A stretch of DNA of 64,000 nucleotides. Origin: an uncultured virus (IMG/VR IMGVR_UViG_3300029317_000049) (lineage: Duplodnaviria > Heunggongvirae > Uroviricota > Caudoviricetes). Each line of letters starts with the position of its first letter. The first letter of the stretch is position 1. The DNA lies in the IMG/VR virus record IMGVR_UViG_3300029317_000049; one strand, 5' to 3'. Of the stretch, positions 1 to 10,405 are shown piece by piece. The notes under the pieces are model-generated. The model did not search any database, was not told the origin of the DNA, and saw only the letters and a list, made by a program, of their open reading frames with translations. Made by a program: the position numbers and the translations under genes.

Positions 1-198
1 TTATGTTATCTGGTAAGTCCCTGCAGAACTTCCCCCAGCAACAACCACAGTGCCATTTTCGGTTATTTCATCAATAACCGCGTTAGCTATGGCTTGTGCC
101 ATACCTGATGCTTTAGCATGTTCGCCTGGTAATACGAAACCTGCGCTTGTTAGTTCACTTTCTATTTTTGACTTTAAGCTTGCTTTGGTTATTGCCAT
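1..198 (-). CDS. Small tail/baseplate-associated protein
   Basis: ATG at 198 right after the stop of the spike-like gene; C-terminus VVVAGGSSAGTYQIT. Confidence 0.55.
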   Translation of the reverse strand: MAITKASLKSKIESELTSAGFVLPGEHAKASGMAQAIANAVIDEITENGTVVVAGGSSAGTYQIT

Positions 199-199
199 G

Positions 200-1054
200 T
201 TATTTACCTGCAAATACTGTTGTTGAACCATCTGCATGTGGTTTGCCCGTAAAGGCGCAAATACTTTCACAGGTAATAACCCCTGTGCCACCATTTAATT
301 TAATGGTGTCTGCATCTTCAGTGATATTTTTAGCGTTAATGATTAAGTTCTTTGCGCTTTTTAGCTTCATGTTTTCGCCACTTTCAACGATCACTTCTTT
401 TTTACTACCAAGTAATACGTTATCTAAAGCGACTATTATCGCTTTTTCACCAATTAAGGTTTTTAAGGCGCCCATTATTTCATTAACTTGATTGCCATCA
501 ATTTTGCTAGTGTCGTGGCCGCTTATGGTGGTGTTTCTTTGGTGGTGGTTTTGCTCGCTTACTTGGCTATCAATTATGTGCTTTTGGCTGGTTTGCTTTA
601 TTTCACCATTAGTTTGCATGTGCCAATCTTCATTACTGCCTGTAATTTTACTGGTACTTGATTGCTGTAAAACTACATCAGTTGATTTATTGTCTGGTAC
701 CAAGCTTTGCCAGGGTAATATAGCAGTGATCACCGGCCTTGAATTTAAGCCATCAATATATTGAATCAAGCAATGCATACCTGCACTCGGTTCAATAAAC
801 AGGCCTCTTTCATGGGCTTGTCCAGTAGCTAAGGTGACTTGCTCAAAAATGGGTGTGGCTAAAGGCTCGCCCGATACAGCATCTAATAATTGAATATCAG
901 CGGCTTTATAAGCCCTAAAAGCGGTACTTATTTTGCTATTGCCTGTGGGCAAATCATGCACTTTTTCAATGCGTGCAAGTTGTGGTAAGTGTTTGCGTTG
1001 CCCTAATTCAGGGAAAAATCTCAAAACTATGCGGCGTATAGCGTTTTTGACCAT
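200..1054 (-). CDS. Baseplate spike/gpV-like protein
   Basis: Repetitive beta-strand-like C-half, C-terminal CESICAFTGKPH tip motif, tail operon position. Confidence 0.6.
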   Translation of the reverse strand: MVKNAIRRIVLRFFPELGQRKHLPQLARIEKVHDLPTGNSKISTAFRAYKAADIQLLDAVSGEPLATPIFEQVTLATGQAHERGLFIEPSAGMHCLIQYIDGLNSRPVITAILPWQSLVPDNKSTDVVLQQSSTSKITGSNEDWHMQTNGEIKQTSQKHIIDSQVSEQNHHQRNTTISGHDTSKIDGNQVNEIMGALKTLIGEKAIIVALDNVLLGSKKEVIVESGENMKLKSAKNLIINAKNITEDADTIKLNGGTGVITCESICAFTGKPHADGSTTVFAGK

Positions 1055-1734
1055 GTTATTTTCTGCTTATTACCTATGAGAGTGGTTTCAATAATAAAAC
1101 GGTTGTTAAGTTTTATACCTGGGCGCATTTGTGGCACGGCCATCATTTCACCCGTCGTGGTACTTTTAATTTTTATGATATGTTCAGCCAAATTATCAAC
1201 GGGGGTATTGGCCCACGGTGAATCATGCCAACTGCCCACATAAATTAAACCATCCGGGCGTTGTTGAAAGATATAATCGGGAATATTAAATACTTTGCCC
1301 AATTGTCTTAACGCACTAATACCATCACCTTGATGATAAAAACACGGCACTTTGGTTTTCATGTAATCTTGTTCGCCATATACAAACGTAAAGCCGGTAC
1401 TTTCTAATGCGGTTAATACATCGCTAGCATTAGCAAAACGTAAAGCCATTGGTATTAAAAATGATAATGCGCCTATCAATTCACGACAGGTTAAAAACCA
1501 TTGGCCATCGGCAAAGTGTTTAGATTCTATTGCCCCTAAAAAATACGGGGTTAGTTCGTCAACTTTGTAACCTAATTGTAATTCAACTACACCTTTGGGC
1601 TCGTCTTCGCACGTTACGACAAACGTTGCACGGCCAGTGCTAAATAAATCTAGCTGTACACTGTCACTAACAATATTAGTAACGGATTTACCGCCAAAGG
1701 TTAGGCTTTTGGTTAATCGTGCTGATTGCTGCAT
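1027..1734 (-). CDS. Baseplate hub-like tail protein
   Basis: Overlaps the spike gene; HP1/K139-type synteny. Confidence 0.5.
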   Translation of the reverse strand: MQQSARLTKSLTFGGKSVTNIVSDSVQLDLFSTGRATFVVTCEDEPKGVVELQLGYKVDELTPYFLGAIESKHFADGQWFLTCRELIGALSFLIPMALRFANASDVLTALESTGFTFVYGEQDYMKTKVPCFYHQGDGISALRQLGKVFNIPDYIFQQRPDGLIYVGSWHDSPWANTPVDNLAEHIIKIKSTTTGEMMAVPQMRPGIKLNNRFIIETTLIGNKQKITWSKTLYAA

Positions 1735-2217
1735 TTAAACACCTGTTACCTGTTCAAATTGTGCCAGCACATTGTTATGGCCGTCATTGGCTTGGGTATT
1801 GGTGCTTTTATTGGCTTTGTTATCAAGTTGCTGTTGTTCGCGCTCAGATTTACTTAATACTTCAAGTAATTTAAAGGTAATAACCCAACCTTTTACGTCT
1901 TCAGCTTCAACGGTTTTTACTTCACCATCAAATTTAACTTTTCGCACTTTATACGCGCTAGCCACATCGCTATTTACAGTGTAAATTTTGCGTGCGCCAT
2001 TTTCATCAAGGTCTTTTGCTTTAGTAATTAATTGCGCTAGTTTTTTATGATCAACAAAAGCAATATTGGTGGTAATGCTAAGCACTGCGGCTTTTACCCC
2101 ATTATCAGTTGAAATTAAATAAGAGCCTGCCCCGCTTAAATCTTCACCCGCGAGTTTAATGCCACAATTAATTTTGGTGTTATAACCTGGTACTTGCCAA
2201 CCATTTATTGAGATCAT
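1735..2217 (-). CDS. Baseplate complex/tail protein
   Basis: Coupled ORF in tail operon. Confidence 0.5.
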   Translation of the reverse strand: MISINGWQVPGYNTKINCGIKLAGEDLSGAGSYLISTDNGVKAAVLSITTNIAFVDHKKLAQLITKAKDLDENGARKIYTVNSDVASAYKVRKVKFDGEVKTVEAEDVKGWVITFKLLEVLSKSEREQQQLDNKANKSTNTQANDGHNNVLAQFEQVTGV

Positions 2218-2927
2218 AAAAACAACTCTTTAAGTGCGGTTAATTCGCTCACGCTACCTACAAAAACCACATAGGCCCAATGCAAATCATTATTGCCCAG
2301 TGTTTTAATGCTACTAGCTAGGTTGGCGGCATTACTGGCGCTAAATTCTTTTACTTCAAGGTTTAAGCTTTGGGCAACAAAGTTAGTTTGGCTAAGCCTA
2401 TTATCTCGAGCCTCCTTTAAACTGTTTGCTTCTGCCAAAGCATTATCTATGGTGGTAACTAAGCTTGTGCCATCGTTTGCCAATAGTGCTTTTGATTTAT
2501 CACCATAAGCATTTTTAATGGGTTTTAGGGTCCTAATATCATTAAGGACTTGCCACTCAATATTTTGGCCGATATTCGCAATGAATTTGTCTTGTTCAAG
2601 GCTGGCAAAACTAGCCGCCATTTTTTCAGCATTAATAAAGCCGATTATTGGGCAAGCGCTGTTAACCGTTGCCAAAGTGTTGACTAATTTACTCGCACTG
2701 TTTTCAATGACATACAGCACCAAGGCATTAAATGCACTGGGTTTGCTTTGCCTAGTACTATCACTAATAGCGTTAGCCAAAAGTAAAGAGCCTTGCGCGG
2801 CACTAACACGGCTAGCACTTTCATAGCTATGTAAGGCCAATACACTAACGGGTGTGCATTTTGCGCTTAGCTCGCTTTGGCTGCTTACGTTAAAACTTGC
2901 AGGTAATTGCATTATGCTAGATTTCAT
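2214..2927 (-). CDS. Hypothetical tail-region protein
   Basis: 237-aa ORF overlapping the next gene by 4 bp. Confidence 0.5.
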   Translation of the reverse strand: MKSSIMQLPASFNVSSQSELSAKCTPVSVLALHSYESASRVSAAQGSLLLANAISDSTRQSKPSAFNALVLYVIENSASKLVNTLATVNSACPIIGFINAEKMAASFASLEQDKFIANIGQNIEWQVLNDIRTLKPIKNAYGDKSKALLANDGTSLVTTIDNALAEANSLKEARDNRLSQTNFVAQSLNLEVKEFSASNAANLASSIKTLGNNDLHWAYVVFVGSVSELTALKELFL

Positions 2928-2982
2928 CCCATTGAATAGCGTTTAATAACAACACATTAAAAAAGTCATTAGCCGTTTTTTA

Positions 2983-3432
2983 TCAGGCTTCTTCTTGTAC
3001 CCATACAGCCGTTTGCGCTTTTCCCGCCAATGTTAGTACCGCGATAAATTGTGGGCGAGTTAAATGAACGACTGTATTATCAGTTAATACCCACAACCAA
3101 GTGTCAGTATCGTTTTGGAGTGCTGCAATAGGTCGCAACATTCTGTTTTGAGACTCTTCGTCAGCATCAAAGGTCTTTCCATCGAACTCAACAGTTAAGC
3201 TAGCCACCGTAGCTTCACGCTCTGCTTTAAATTCTTTGCGTAATTGACTGTCAGTCAATGGAGTATTGTAAAACTCCCTTGTCACAGCGTTGTAAGTTTT
3301 ACCCACATAATTATATTCATGCTCAAAATCTATGACGATCCAATCGTCTAAATTTTCAGGGATAGGCCACAAAACAAAGTTTGTTAGGTTTCCTTTATCT
3401 ATGTATATCTTTTCATTTTCTATAAATGTCAT
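2983..3432 (-). CDS. Tail fibre assembly protein (DUF4376-like)
   Basis: FDADEESQNRM and WVLTDN motifs; follows the fibre gene. Confidence 0.7.
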   Translation of the reverse strand: MTFIENEKIYIDKGNLTNFVLWPIPENLDDWIVIDFEHEYNYVGKTYNAVTREFYNTPLTDSQLRKEFKAEREATVASLTVEFDGKTFDADEESQNRMLRPIAALQNDTDTWLWVLTDNTVVHLTRPQFIAVLTLAGKAQTAVWVQEEA

Positions 3433-3444
3433 ATTGATACTTCT

Positions 3445-4959
3445 TTAAGTGTATTTAATGCCGTATATGGCAAATATTTTGGCGTTATCAGAGCTGTAAG
3501 CTAGGTAGTACGTAGTTGAGCCGTTTATCCACCAGTGATAGCCATGGCCATTATCCCAAAGCACTACCTTGCGATTCGCAGCACTAGACAAGGCTTTCAA
3601 TAGACCAGGTACACTATGAACCATAGTAGTAGCCTGATTCCCGGCAGTATCACCGCCCACCACCTCTATTGCATCGTAGTTACGCCAACCTCTAATATAC
3701 AAGTGGCCTGACGTTTGACCGCTAGGATTAGCAAGCAAAGTGGTCCTTTTGACCGTGTGAGAGTGGGAGCTTGGAGCTAAGCCACTTCTAGCTGAAGCTA
3801 TAACCGAGGCTTTAGTGCTACCTTCGAGTCTGTATGAATCAGCAGCTCTTGAAGATGAACGCAAATAAGGGTGTGAATGATTACCTTTGTTGTAAGCTGC
3901 CCTAACTGCAGCAGAGCTTGCAGAAACAGAATTGCTTGTTGATGAAACTGAGTTTGATATTGCGCGATGCGTATTTGTATTGGGAGGAGTATCAATATAT
4001 TCATAAGTTCCATCGCCTTTGTACAAATAAACCCTGTTACCGCTTATTCTCAATGCATCAGTAAGATGTAAAGCGCTCTTTTCAGTTTGATGAACAACAG
4101 AAGACGGTAATGAGTAAGTAAAATAGTTGGCGTTAGTCGCACCCCTATAACCCAAGCTTGCTAAAGTGTGACTGTGACCTGCGCCAGACTTACCCGCTAA
4201 AGCAGCCACTAAACCCGCGATGCTGGCAATAGATAAAGCATCTAAATCACTGCGGTTTAATTTGATATAGTCAACAATTTCTTGAATTTCATTTAGCGAC
4301 GAGTCACCACTAAAAACAAGTGAATTCAATAGGTTGATATCACTCTGCTTTGCGTAATATGTTGGGGGTTGATTGTTTAGTTTGTCTGCGTTAATGGCAG
4401 AATCACCCGCGGCAAGTGCGCCAATATCAGAAGCCTTTGCGGTTTTATCTAACTTACTAGCCATCGCTAAATCGTAAGCCGCTTGGGTAACAAAGGTGTT
4501 ATCTGGTACTTGCCAAGGTAGCGCACTCAATGACACGTTTAATTCTTGGGCTATATTCGCGGTTTTCCATACAATACTTTTAACGCTGTAATTACCGGTA
4601 GTAGGGCCATTTGTTTTAGTTTTTGTTTGTACCGGGGTTTGCACAACAGCTATCAATACTTCGCTTAAGTCTGCGTTTTGCGCTATTACGCCATACCAAT
4701 TATATTCAAAGTTACCTACGTCATAGCCTAAAACGGTGCTCATCACTATAGCATTGTCATCTAACGCCCCTACACGCTCTATTGGCTCACTGTGCACAAT
4801 ATCGCTAGTTGGTACACCTTGGGTTAAATCAATGGCGGTTTGGGGTACTAATCCGGCAATGTTTCTAAAAATAACTCGAGTAATATTTTGCGCTTCTTGA
4901 CCGGCAAAAACTGCATCTTTATACAAAACCCCTGCATCGGTTATGGCGAGTAAACTCAT
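3445..4959 (-). CDS. Tail fibre protein
   Basis: Tail-collar N-terminus (GNFEYNWYG), HSH motifs, ASSAAVRAAY repeat unit. Confidence 0.85.
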   Translation of the reverse strand: MSLLAITDAGVLYKDAVFAGQEAQNITRVIFRNIAGLVPQTAIDLTQGVPTSDIVHSEPIERVGALDDNAIVMSTVLGYDVGNFEYNWYGVIAQNADLSEVLIAVVQTPVQTKTKTNGPTTGNYSVKSIVWKTANIAQELNVSLSALPWQVPDNTFVTQAAYDLAMASKLDKTAKASDIGALAAGDSAINADKLNNQPPTYYAKQSDINLLNSLVFSGDSSLNEIQEIVDYIKLNRSDLDALSIASIAGLVAALAGKSGAGHSHTLASLGYRGATNANYFTYSLPSSVVHQTEKSALHLTDALRISGNRVYLYKGDGTYEYIDTPPNTNTHRAISNSVSSTSNSVSASSAAVRAAYNKGNHSHPYLRSSSRAADSYRLEGSTKASVIASARSGLAPSSHSHTVKRTTLLANPSGQTSGHLYIRGWRNYDAIEVVGGDTAGNQATTMVHSVPGLLKALSSAANRKVVLWDNGHGYHWWINGSTTYYLAYSSDNAKIFAIYGIKYT

Positions 4960-5483
4960 GTAATTACTTCCTTATCAAATTCAATTAAACCGATAGCAAA
5001 ATAACCATCAATAGCGCTTATTGCGCTTAAATAGTAACGGCGGCAGGTTCGGCCATACTGTTTTATAATGCTGTTTACTAAGTCTTGTTTACCTGAAAAT
5101 TCAGCTTCAATCATGGCAATTTCAATCATGTCCCAATCAAGACCGGTTATTCTTTCGTTAAACTCGACAAAGCCAAAACCAAGACGTTTAAATATTCGTT
5201 CCATGCCAACACTTGAGCCAGCATCTTTACTGTTAGCAATGCCGTGTTTTACGCGCTTGCTGTAAAGGTCTACGCTTTCATCGGGTAAGCGTTCTATGCC
5301 ACGTTCCCAAGCTAATAGGTCTAAAATGGGTAAAGCATCGGTTTGGTTATTTATTTGATCAAGCCACCAAAGCAAATAACTTTCTACTTGCTGCCAATAC
5401 GCATTGGCCGCTTTGGTCAGTGCAACTGAATTAACACCGGTTAACCAGGTAGGTAATTCAATGTTGTCTAATTGGCTAGACAT
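4956..5483 (-). CDS. Tail protein I (P2 gpI-like)
   Basis: LDLLAWERGIERL motif; between gpJ and fibre. Confidence 0.8.
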   Translation of the reverse strand: MSSQLDNIELPTWLTGVNSVALTKAANAYWQQVESYLLWWLDQINNQTDALPILDLLAWERGIERLPDESVDLYSKRVKHGIANSKDAGSSVGMERIFKRLGFGFVEFNERITGLDWDMIEIAMIEAEFSGKQDLVNSIIKQYGRTCRRYYLSAISAIDGYFAIGLIEFDKEVIT

Positions 5484-6660
5484 TATTAGTCACCATGCTT
5501 GTGTTAATGGTGAGTGTGCTAATAGTTGGTAGCCAAACCCCTGCAGTAATATCGGTAGTGGTAAATTGTAACCTGGCTATTTCGGTAAATTCTGCGTGTA
5601 ATTCTGCCGCTAATAAACTAAAGCTAAATACGGCATTAGGTAAGCAACGAGTTATCTTGTAACCCGCGTTTTCTCTAAAAGCTGACCGTATAAAGTTTTC
5701 AACGTCGCTGGTAATATCTTCGCTATTTGGTTTTAACCACATATTAAGCGCAATGACTTTGGCTTGTGTTGGTATGGCAAATACTTGTAAATCGTCACCT
5801 TGGCCATGAAAACCACTGGCAATATGGTTATTAATAGCATCAATTACCGCTTGGCTAACTTGGCCAATGTTTAAAAATACATAGGCGTTTGCACTACCGG
5901 CACCACGAGGGGCTGTTTGTTCAAAAATAATGTTATCAATGGGAATGCCTGATACTTCAGCAATAATTGATTTATACACCGCGTCAACGTGAAAATCGCC
6001 TAAACTTGCGAACTGATCACGAATGCGCAAACTAAAGTTTTGGTCGGTTTCGATGTTCTGGCCGTTTTTAATCAACCAGTCTTGTTTATTGCTAACACTA
6101 ACACCGTCAATGGCTGGGGTTATTTTGCTGTAATAACCTACGACTAAATTGTACTTTTCACCGCTTTGCTGCGCTTCACATAAGGCAAGCGCTTGGCTTT
6201 GCCCGATAATAAAGTTGGTTTCAAATAAGGTGATTAGTTGATAAACCACGCCATTAACCGGGGTGCTTTCAATAATGGTGCCTGCAGTTATCGTTAATGC
6301 GCCTGTGGTATCGGTGCGGGTGAATTCAACATTACCTTGTGTTTTTACTGCACTTAAGCGGGTTATGTTTCGGTCTGCGCCTTTTAAATCAAGCCATTCG
6401 TTTTGTGCGGTAGCGACAAAACTATTAGGCATAATTTGTTTTGTTAAAATATCAATTATTTGCGCGGCAGGTTTACCCACTAAAGCTTTTTGCAAACGCC
6501 AAAACGGGCTCAATGGGCTGTCATTATTCACAACAAAATCATGCGCAATTAATTGCGCATCCCATTGTGTTTGCATGCCGTTTTCAGTCACGGGAATATC
6601 CGCATCAATTAATATTTGTTCAAAGTCGGTTTTGCTTAAATCAACGGGCATGGTATTCAC
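5476..6660 (-). CDS. Baseplate wedge J protein
   Basis: WLDLKG, ETDQNFSLRI and PRGAGS motifs. Confidence 0.85.
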   Translation of the reverse strand: MNTMPVDLSKTDFEQILIDADIPVTENGMQTQWDAQLIAHDFVVNNDSPLSPFWRLQKALVGKPAAQIIDILTKQIMPNSFVATAQNEWLDLKGADRNITRLSAVKTQGNVEFTRTDTTGALTITAGTIIESTPVNGVVYQLITLFETNFIIGQSQALALCEAQQSGEKYNLVVGYYSKITPAIDGVSVSNKQDWLIKNGQNIETDQNFSLRIRDQFASLGDFHVDAVYKSIIAEVSGIPIDNIIFEQTAPRGAGSANAYVFLNIGQVSQAVIDAINNHIASGFHGQGDDLQVFAIPTQAKVIALNMWLKPNSEDITSDVENFIRSAFRENAGYKITRCLPNAVFSFSLLAAELHAEFTEIARLQFTTTDITAGVWLPTISTLTINTSMVTNNV

Positions 6661-6955
6661 CTTTGTCTATGGTTTGCGCTTTAACACTTAATTGCCCTTG
6701 CGCAGTTCTGAACACTTCAATGGTGCCAGGTATTAAACGTTCGTCCTGCTCTACGACTAATTCAATTTCGGTAAGTATCATGGCAATAGCATTGGTATTA
6801 CGTAGGCCAACCAATTGCGCTAATAAGCCACTTTCTAAAATTCTGTGCTTAATGTCTTGGCAAATCACTTGCGTTTTAGTTAGCTGTACTGGTGTTAATG
6901 CTTCATCAAGCGACAAGTCACCATTAACAATATTTAAATCAATGTTAATAGCCAT
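6641..6955 (-). CDS. gpW-like baseplate protein (DUF2590-like)
   Basis: QDIKHRILESGL and DERLIPGT; between tape measure and gpJ. Confidence 0.75.
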   Translation of the reverse strand: MAINIDLNIVNGDLSLDEALTPVQLTKTQVICQDIKHRILESGLLAQLVGLRNTNAIAMILTEIELVVEQDERLIPGTIEVFRTAQGQLSVKAQTIDKGEYHAR

Positions 6956-9144
6956 TAGCCAACAAGCTCCATTAATTGGTCGCTTGTTGCGAAAACATCG
7001 TCTGATTTAATGGTTAAGTTATCGACATACACACGCTTGCTTTGGTCTGTTTTAGCGTTTGAATTATTATGGGTTGATTGGGCAACTTGATTAAAATAAT
7101 TGCTTTTTTCAACCTTGCGAGCACTGGCAGTACTTAATTGCTGATTACTTTGTTTGGCTTGTTCAATGGTTTCACTTTTAGCGGCCATTTCATTAATGTT
7201 AATTGGTACGACATTTGACACCCTATCAGCCGCATTTATTGCAGGGTTGTTAACGGCATGTTCAATTTTTTTACTTGCGCTTATTTCAACGTCATCACCA
7301 AACAAACCACTTACCCAACCAGCGGCAGACTTTAATAGGCCAATGCCTTGGGTTAATAACATGATCCAGCCTTTAATAGGCGCCATTAATATATTGAAAA
7401 CACCACCCACTATTTCACCAAATAGTTGTCCGGCATTGGTTGCACCGGCAAGTGCTTCACTGGTGGCATGAATGGGGGTAAATAACGCACCAAACCAAGC
7501 AACAATGCCGCCAACGGCATTGCTTAACCATGAAAAACCATTACCGACAAAACCTAATTCGCTAAATAATGCTGAAAACACGTCAATAACGGGGGCAAAG
7601 CTACTCACTAAACCATCCCAAAAGCCAGACATAAAGGCTTTAATAGGCTGCCAGTATTTATAAATGGCAAAGGCAAATAAGCCAACAGCGGCTACAAGCC
7701 ACGTTAACGGATTAGCCAGTAATGCGGCAGTAAATGCCCAAGCACCACTGGTTGCACTAAGAAAAAGTACGTTCATGGCACCTAATGCGCCACCACTGGT
7801 GGCGGCAAGTATTTGGAAACCTAATAAAGTGTTACGCGCAAAGCTTATTGCTGACGTTAGCCCTAAAAAAGTTTTTGTAAATATTGAAGCAACGCCACCA
7901 AAACCAATCATGCCAAATTTAGCAAAGCCCATGCCCATGTTTAGTAGGCCCATAGCCACAATTAACCCAGTAACACCCACGGCCATAGTGGCAACAACAC
8001 CCGTTAACATGGGGAATTCTTGACTAAGCCAAAGCACGCCCCTAAGCATAGAGCCCAACACTTCAACCACGGGTTCAATAATGGGTAACACGGCTTGGCC
8101 TAATGCCGTAGCTGCCGCATTAAAACCACCACTAAGGCGCATCCATGCATCAGTTTGGGCGTTAGCCATATCAACAGCGGTTTGCATGCCTGTTTGTTCA
8201 TTTAAGGCATTAATATTATTTTTTAATTGGTCGACTTGCGGTAGTAGTAATTTAATTAAGCCAGTCGCTTCATCACTACCAAAGGCTTTTTTAAGCGCAT
8301 CTGACTTTGCCACGGTATCTATATTGCCAAATTTACCCTGTAAGGTTTCAAGCACATCAGCCATGGGTAATAACTTGCCTTGCGCGTCAGTTAATTGCAC
8401 ACCAAGTTGCTCTTGAGCTTTACCAACACCGGCTAAAAAGGCTTTGTATTTTGTACCGGCTTCACTGCCCGACATGGTCGCTTGTAATTGACCTAAAACG
8501 GCCATACTTTCAGCCATTTCAATGCCATGGCTTTGTGCACCTGCACCTAAACTGGTAAAGGCGCTAGACATTTCATTACCATTGGTTTTGAACATGCGAA
8601 CAGCGGTGGCGGTTTGCCCTGCTAATTGTTCAACCCATTGGGTTTTCCCCATAGCCGTGGCATTGTCTTGATAAACACCATACATGGTGCCTAAGTAATT
8701 TGTTGCGGTTGACGCGTCTGATTTTGTGCCTTTGGCCATTATGGCACTGGCATTGGTAAACGAGCTTAATTCTTTGCCCGTTAACCCCGCAATAGACGAT
8801 TGAATATCATAAGAGGCGCTAATAACATCAGCGGCATTACCCCCGTATTTAGCGGTAAAGTTGATTGAAGTATCATTGAGTTGTTGTAATGAACTTTCTG
8901 CGACACCTAACGAACTCACCTCACCTAGCGCCTGATTTGCAGCAATAGCAGGATTTAACGAGCCAACAAGCATCATAGCGCCACCCGCCGCGCCCATAAA
9001 ACCACGCATCATTTGGTCTTGTGCACCACTGGCCTGTGAGCTGAGCTGATTAATTTTAGCCATGATCTTATTCACTGGCCCTGTTGCTTTATCAACAACG
9101 CCAATGGAATACATCAATTTTTCTAGCTTACTTAATCCGCTCAT
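6955..9144 (-). CDS. Tail tape measure protein
   Basis: 729 aa, Ala/Gly-rich, GSEAGT core, hydrophobic segments. Confidence 0.92.
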   Translation of the reverse strand: MSGLSKLEKLMYSIGVVDKATGPVNKIMAKINQLSSQASGAQDQMMRGFMGAAGGAMMLVGSLNPAIAANQALGEVSSLGVAESSLQQLNDTSINFTAKYGGNAADVISASYDIQSSIAGLTGKELSSFTNASAIMAKGTKSDASTATNYLGTMYGVYQDNATAMGKTQWVEQLAGQTATAVRMFKTNGNEMSSAFTSLGAGAQSHGIEMAESMAVLGQLQATMSGSEAGTKYKAFLAGVGKAQEQLGVQLTDAQGKLLPMADVLETLQGKFGNIDTVAKSDALKKAFGSDEATGLIKLLLPQVDQLKNNINALNEQTGMQTAVDMANAQTDAWMRLSGGFNAAATALGQAVLPIIEPVVEVLGSMLRGVLWLSQEFPMLTGVVATMAVGVTGLIVAMGLLNMGMGFAKFGMIGFGGVASIFTKTFLGLTSAISFARNTLLGFQILAATSGGALGAMNVLFLSATSGAWAFTAALLANPLTWLVAAVGLFAFAIYKYWQPIKAFMSGFWDGLVSSFAPVIDVFSALFSELGFVGNGFSWLSNAVGGIVAWFGALFTPIHATSEALAGATNAGQLFGEIVGGVFNILMAPIKGWIMLLTQGIGLLKSAAGWVSGLFGDDVEISASKKIEHAVNNPAINAADRVSNVVPININEMAAKSETIEQAKQSNQQLSTASARKVEKSNYFNQVAQSTHNNSNAKTDQSKRVYVDNLTIKSDDVFATSDQLMELVG

Positions 9145-9165
9145 TGCTTTGCTTCAACTCAATAA

Positions 9166-9357
9166 TTAGTTGTCAGGGAGTATTAAACTAATGCCGTTCG
9201 CGACGGCATATTTTAAGTTTTGCGCATTGTCGTTTTCTAAAAACAATGCTTGGGCTAATGTTTCTTCGGTTACCTCAACGTGGGGTAACCATTTTGCTTT
9301 GTACGCGAACAATTGCCCTATTCGGCTTTTGCCTATGTCAATTGCTCGCTGTTCTAT
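9166..9357 (-). CDS. -1 frameshift extension of tail assembly chaperone (G-T type)
   Basis: A AAA AAA at 9363-9357 before TAG; -1 frame open to TAA 9168-9166. Confidence 0.75.
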   Translation of the reverse strand: MEQRAIDIGKSRIGQLFAYKAKWLPHVEVTEETLAQALFLENDNAQNLKYAVANGISLILPDN

Positions 9358-9623
9358 TTTTTTATAGAAATGTCAAAGTCTGGTTTGTATTCTTCAAATA
9401 CAGCAGCAGATAAATCTAATGCGGCACCGGGTACCGTTTTAAATAACTCTTTAAGATCAGCTTTACTTTCAGGGGCAACCGTTGCTATTAAAAAGTTAGT
9501 GGCTGGCTTGATTTTTTCTTTCATTGTCAGCTCATTAATATATTTATCATGCGCGGCTAAGTTCACGTTAAATACAAGTTCCAAATCACCCACTTCAACC
9601 GTTATTTGTTTCTCTAAAGCCAT
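9354..9623 (-). CDS. Tail assembly chaperone
   Basis: 89 aa, upstream of tape measure, ends in a slippery run. Confidence 0.8.
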   Translation of the reverse strand: MALEKQITVEVGDLELVFNVNLAAHDKYINELTMKEKIKPATNFLIATVAPESKADLKELFKTVPGAALDLSAAVFEEYKPDFDISIKK

Positions 9624-9685
9624 GTTGATTACTCTCTTTTTATCTGTTTAAAATTAAATGATTAACCGTTATTCTTTGCTATTTT

Positions 9686-10336
9686 TTACTTAAGCTGTTT
9701 TTGCTCTAGCAGCGTGTAAGAAAAGGTATTACCCCATTTTTTGGCCGATTCGCGGCATAAGGCCATAAAAGTGTCAAAATCATCAGGGTTCGCTATCACT
9801 TGGCAACCTGCGCTCCATTTATCAACTTGGGTTGACTCATGGTTAGCACTGGCACGATGGCAATTTATGCCAAAGTAGCCCTTTTGTTTAATAACATGGG
9901 TGGTGGTAACGTCCGTGTTTATCGTATCGTCCTTGTTTCAATCACGAAAAACGGTTACAGGTTTATTTTGTACAAGTGCTGGGTATTTACTTTGATGAAA
10001 ACCAAAGGTCCATAAACCACGGTATTGACCTGGAACAACCACCGCAGTACCGTCAACATTGCACGGGTTTTCGCGGTAATAAACACCGGGGTCAGTCGTG
10101 CATTTAAATTGTTCTAATTGCCACTTTTCTTTATCTTTACTTTTATCTTTATAAAGCACACAAAGCACATCGTTAAAGCTATTGGCGTTAGTGTCTTCAT
10201 GACGAACCGCAATGATATTTATACTAAAATCAGCTTCAAAAACGGTATGATGGCTGCGCTCCATCGCGGCCAATAAACTTTTTACCGTTAATGTTAACGG
10301 TTTAACTTCGGGTAAATTATCTATTGCTTTAGTCAT
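9686..10336 (-). pseudogene. Putative peptidoglycan-acting enzyme (L,D-transpeptidase-like; possible endolysin) interrupted by in-frame TGA at 9940-9938
   Basis: Frame continues 83 codons past the TGA and includes GINCHRA...WSAGCQV; HP1 lysis-gene position. Confidence 0.65.
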
Positions 10337-10405
10337 GTCAAAATGTTCCTGTGCTTAATGGGGTTTGTTCAAATGCTTTTGCTAACGTTACTCATGCTAT
10401 AACCG

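Noticed and set aside
3445..4959. DGR target or invertible tail-fibre segment
   Set aside because: No reverse transcriptase, template repeat, invertase or second fibre end in the window
9900..9940. Selenocysteine recoding of the TGA
   Set aside because: No convincing SECIS hairpin directly downstream, and the codon is not at the catalytic Cys
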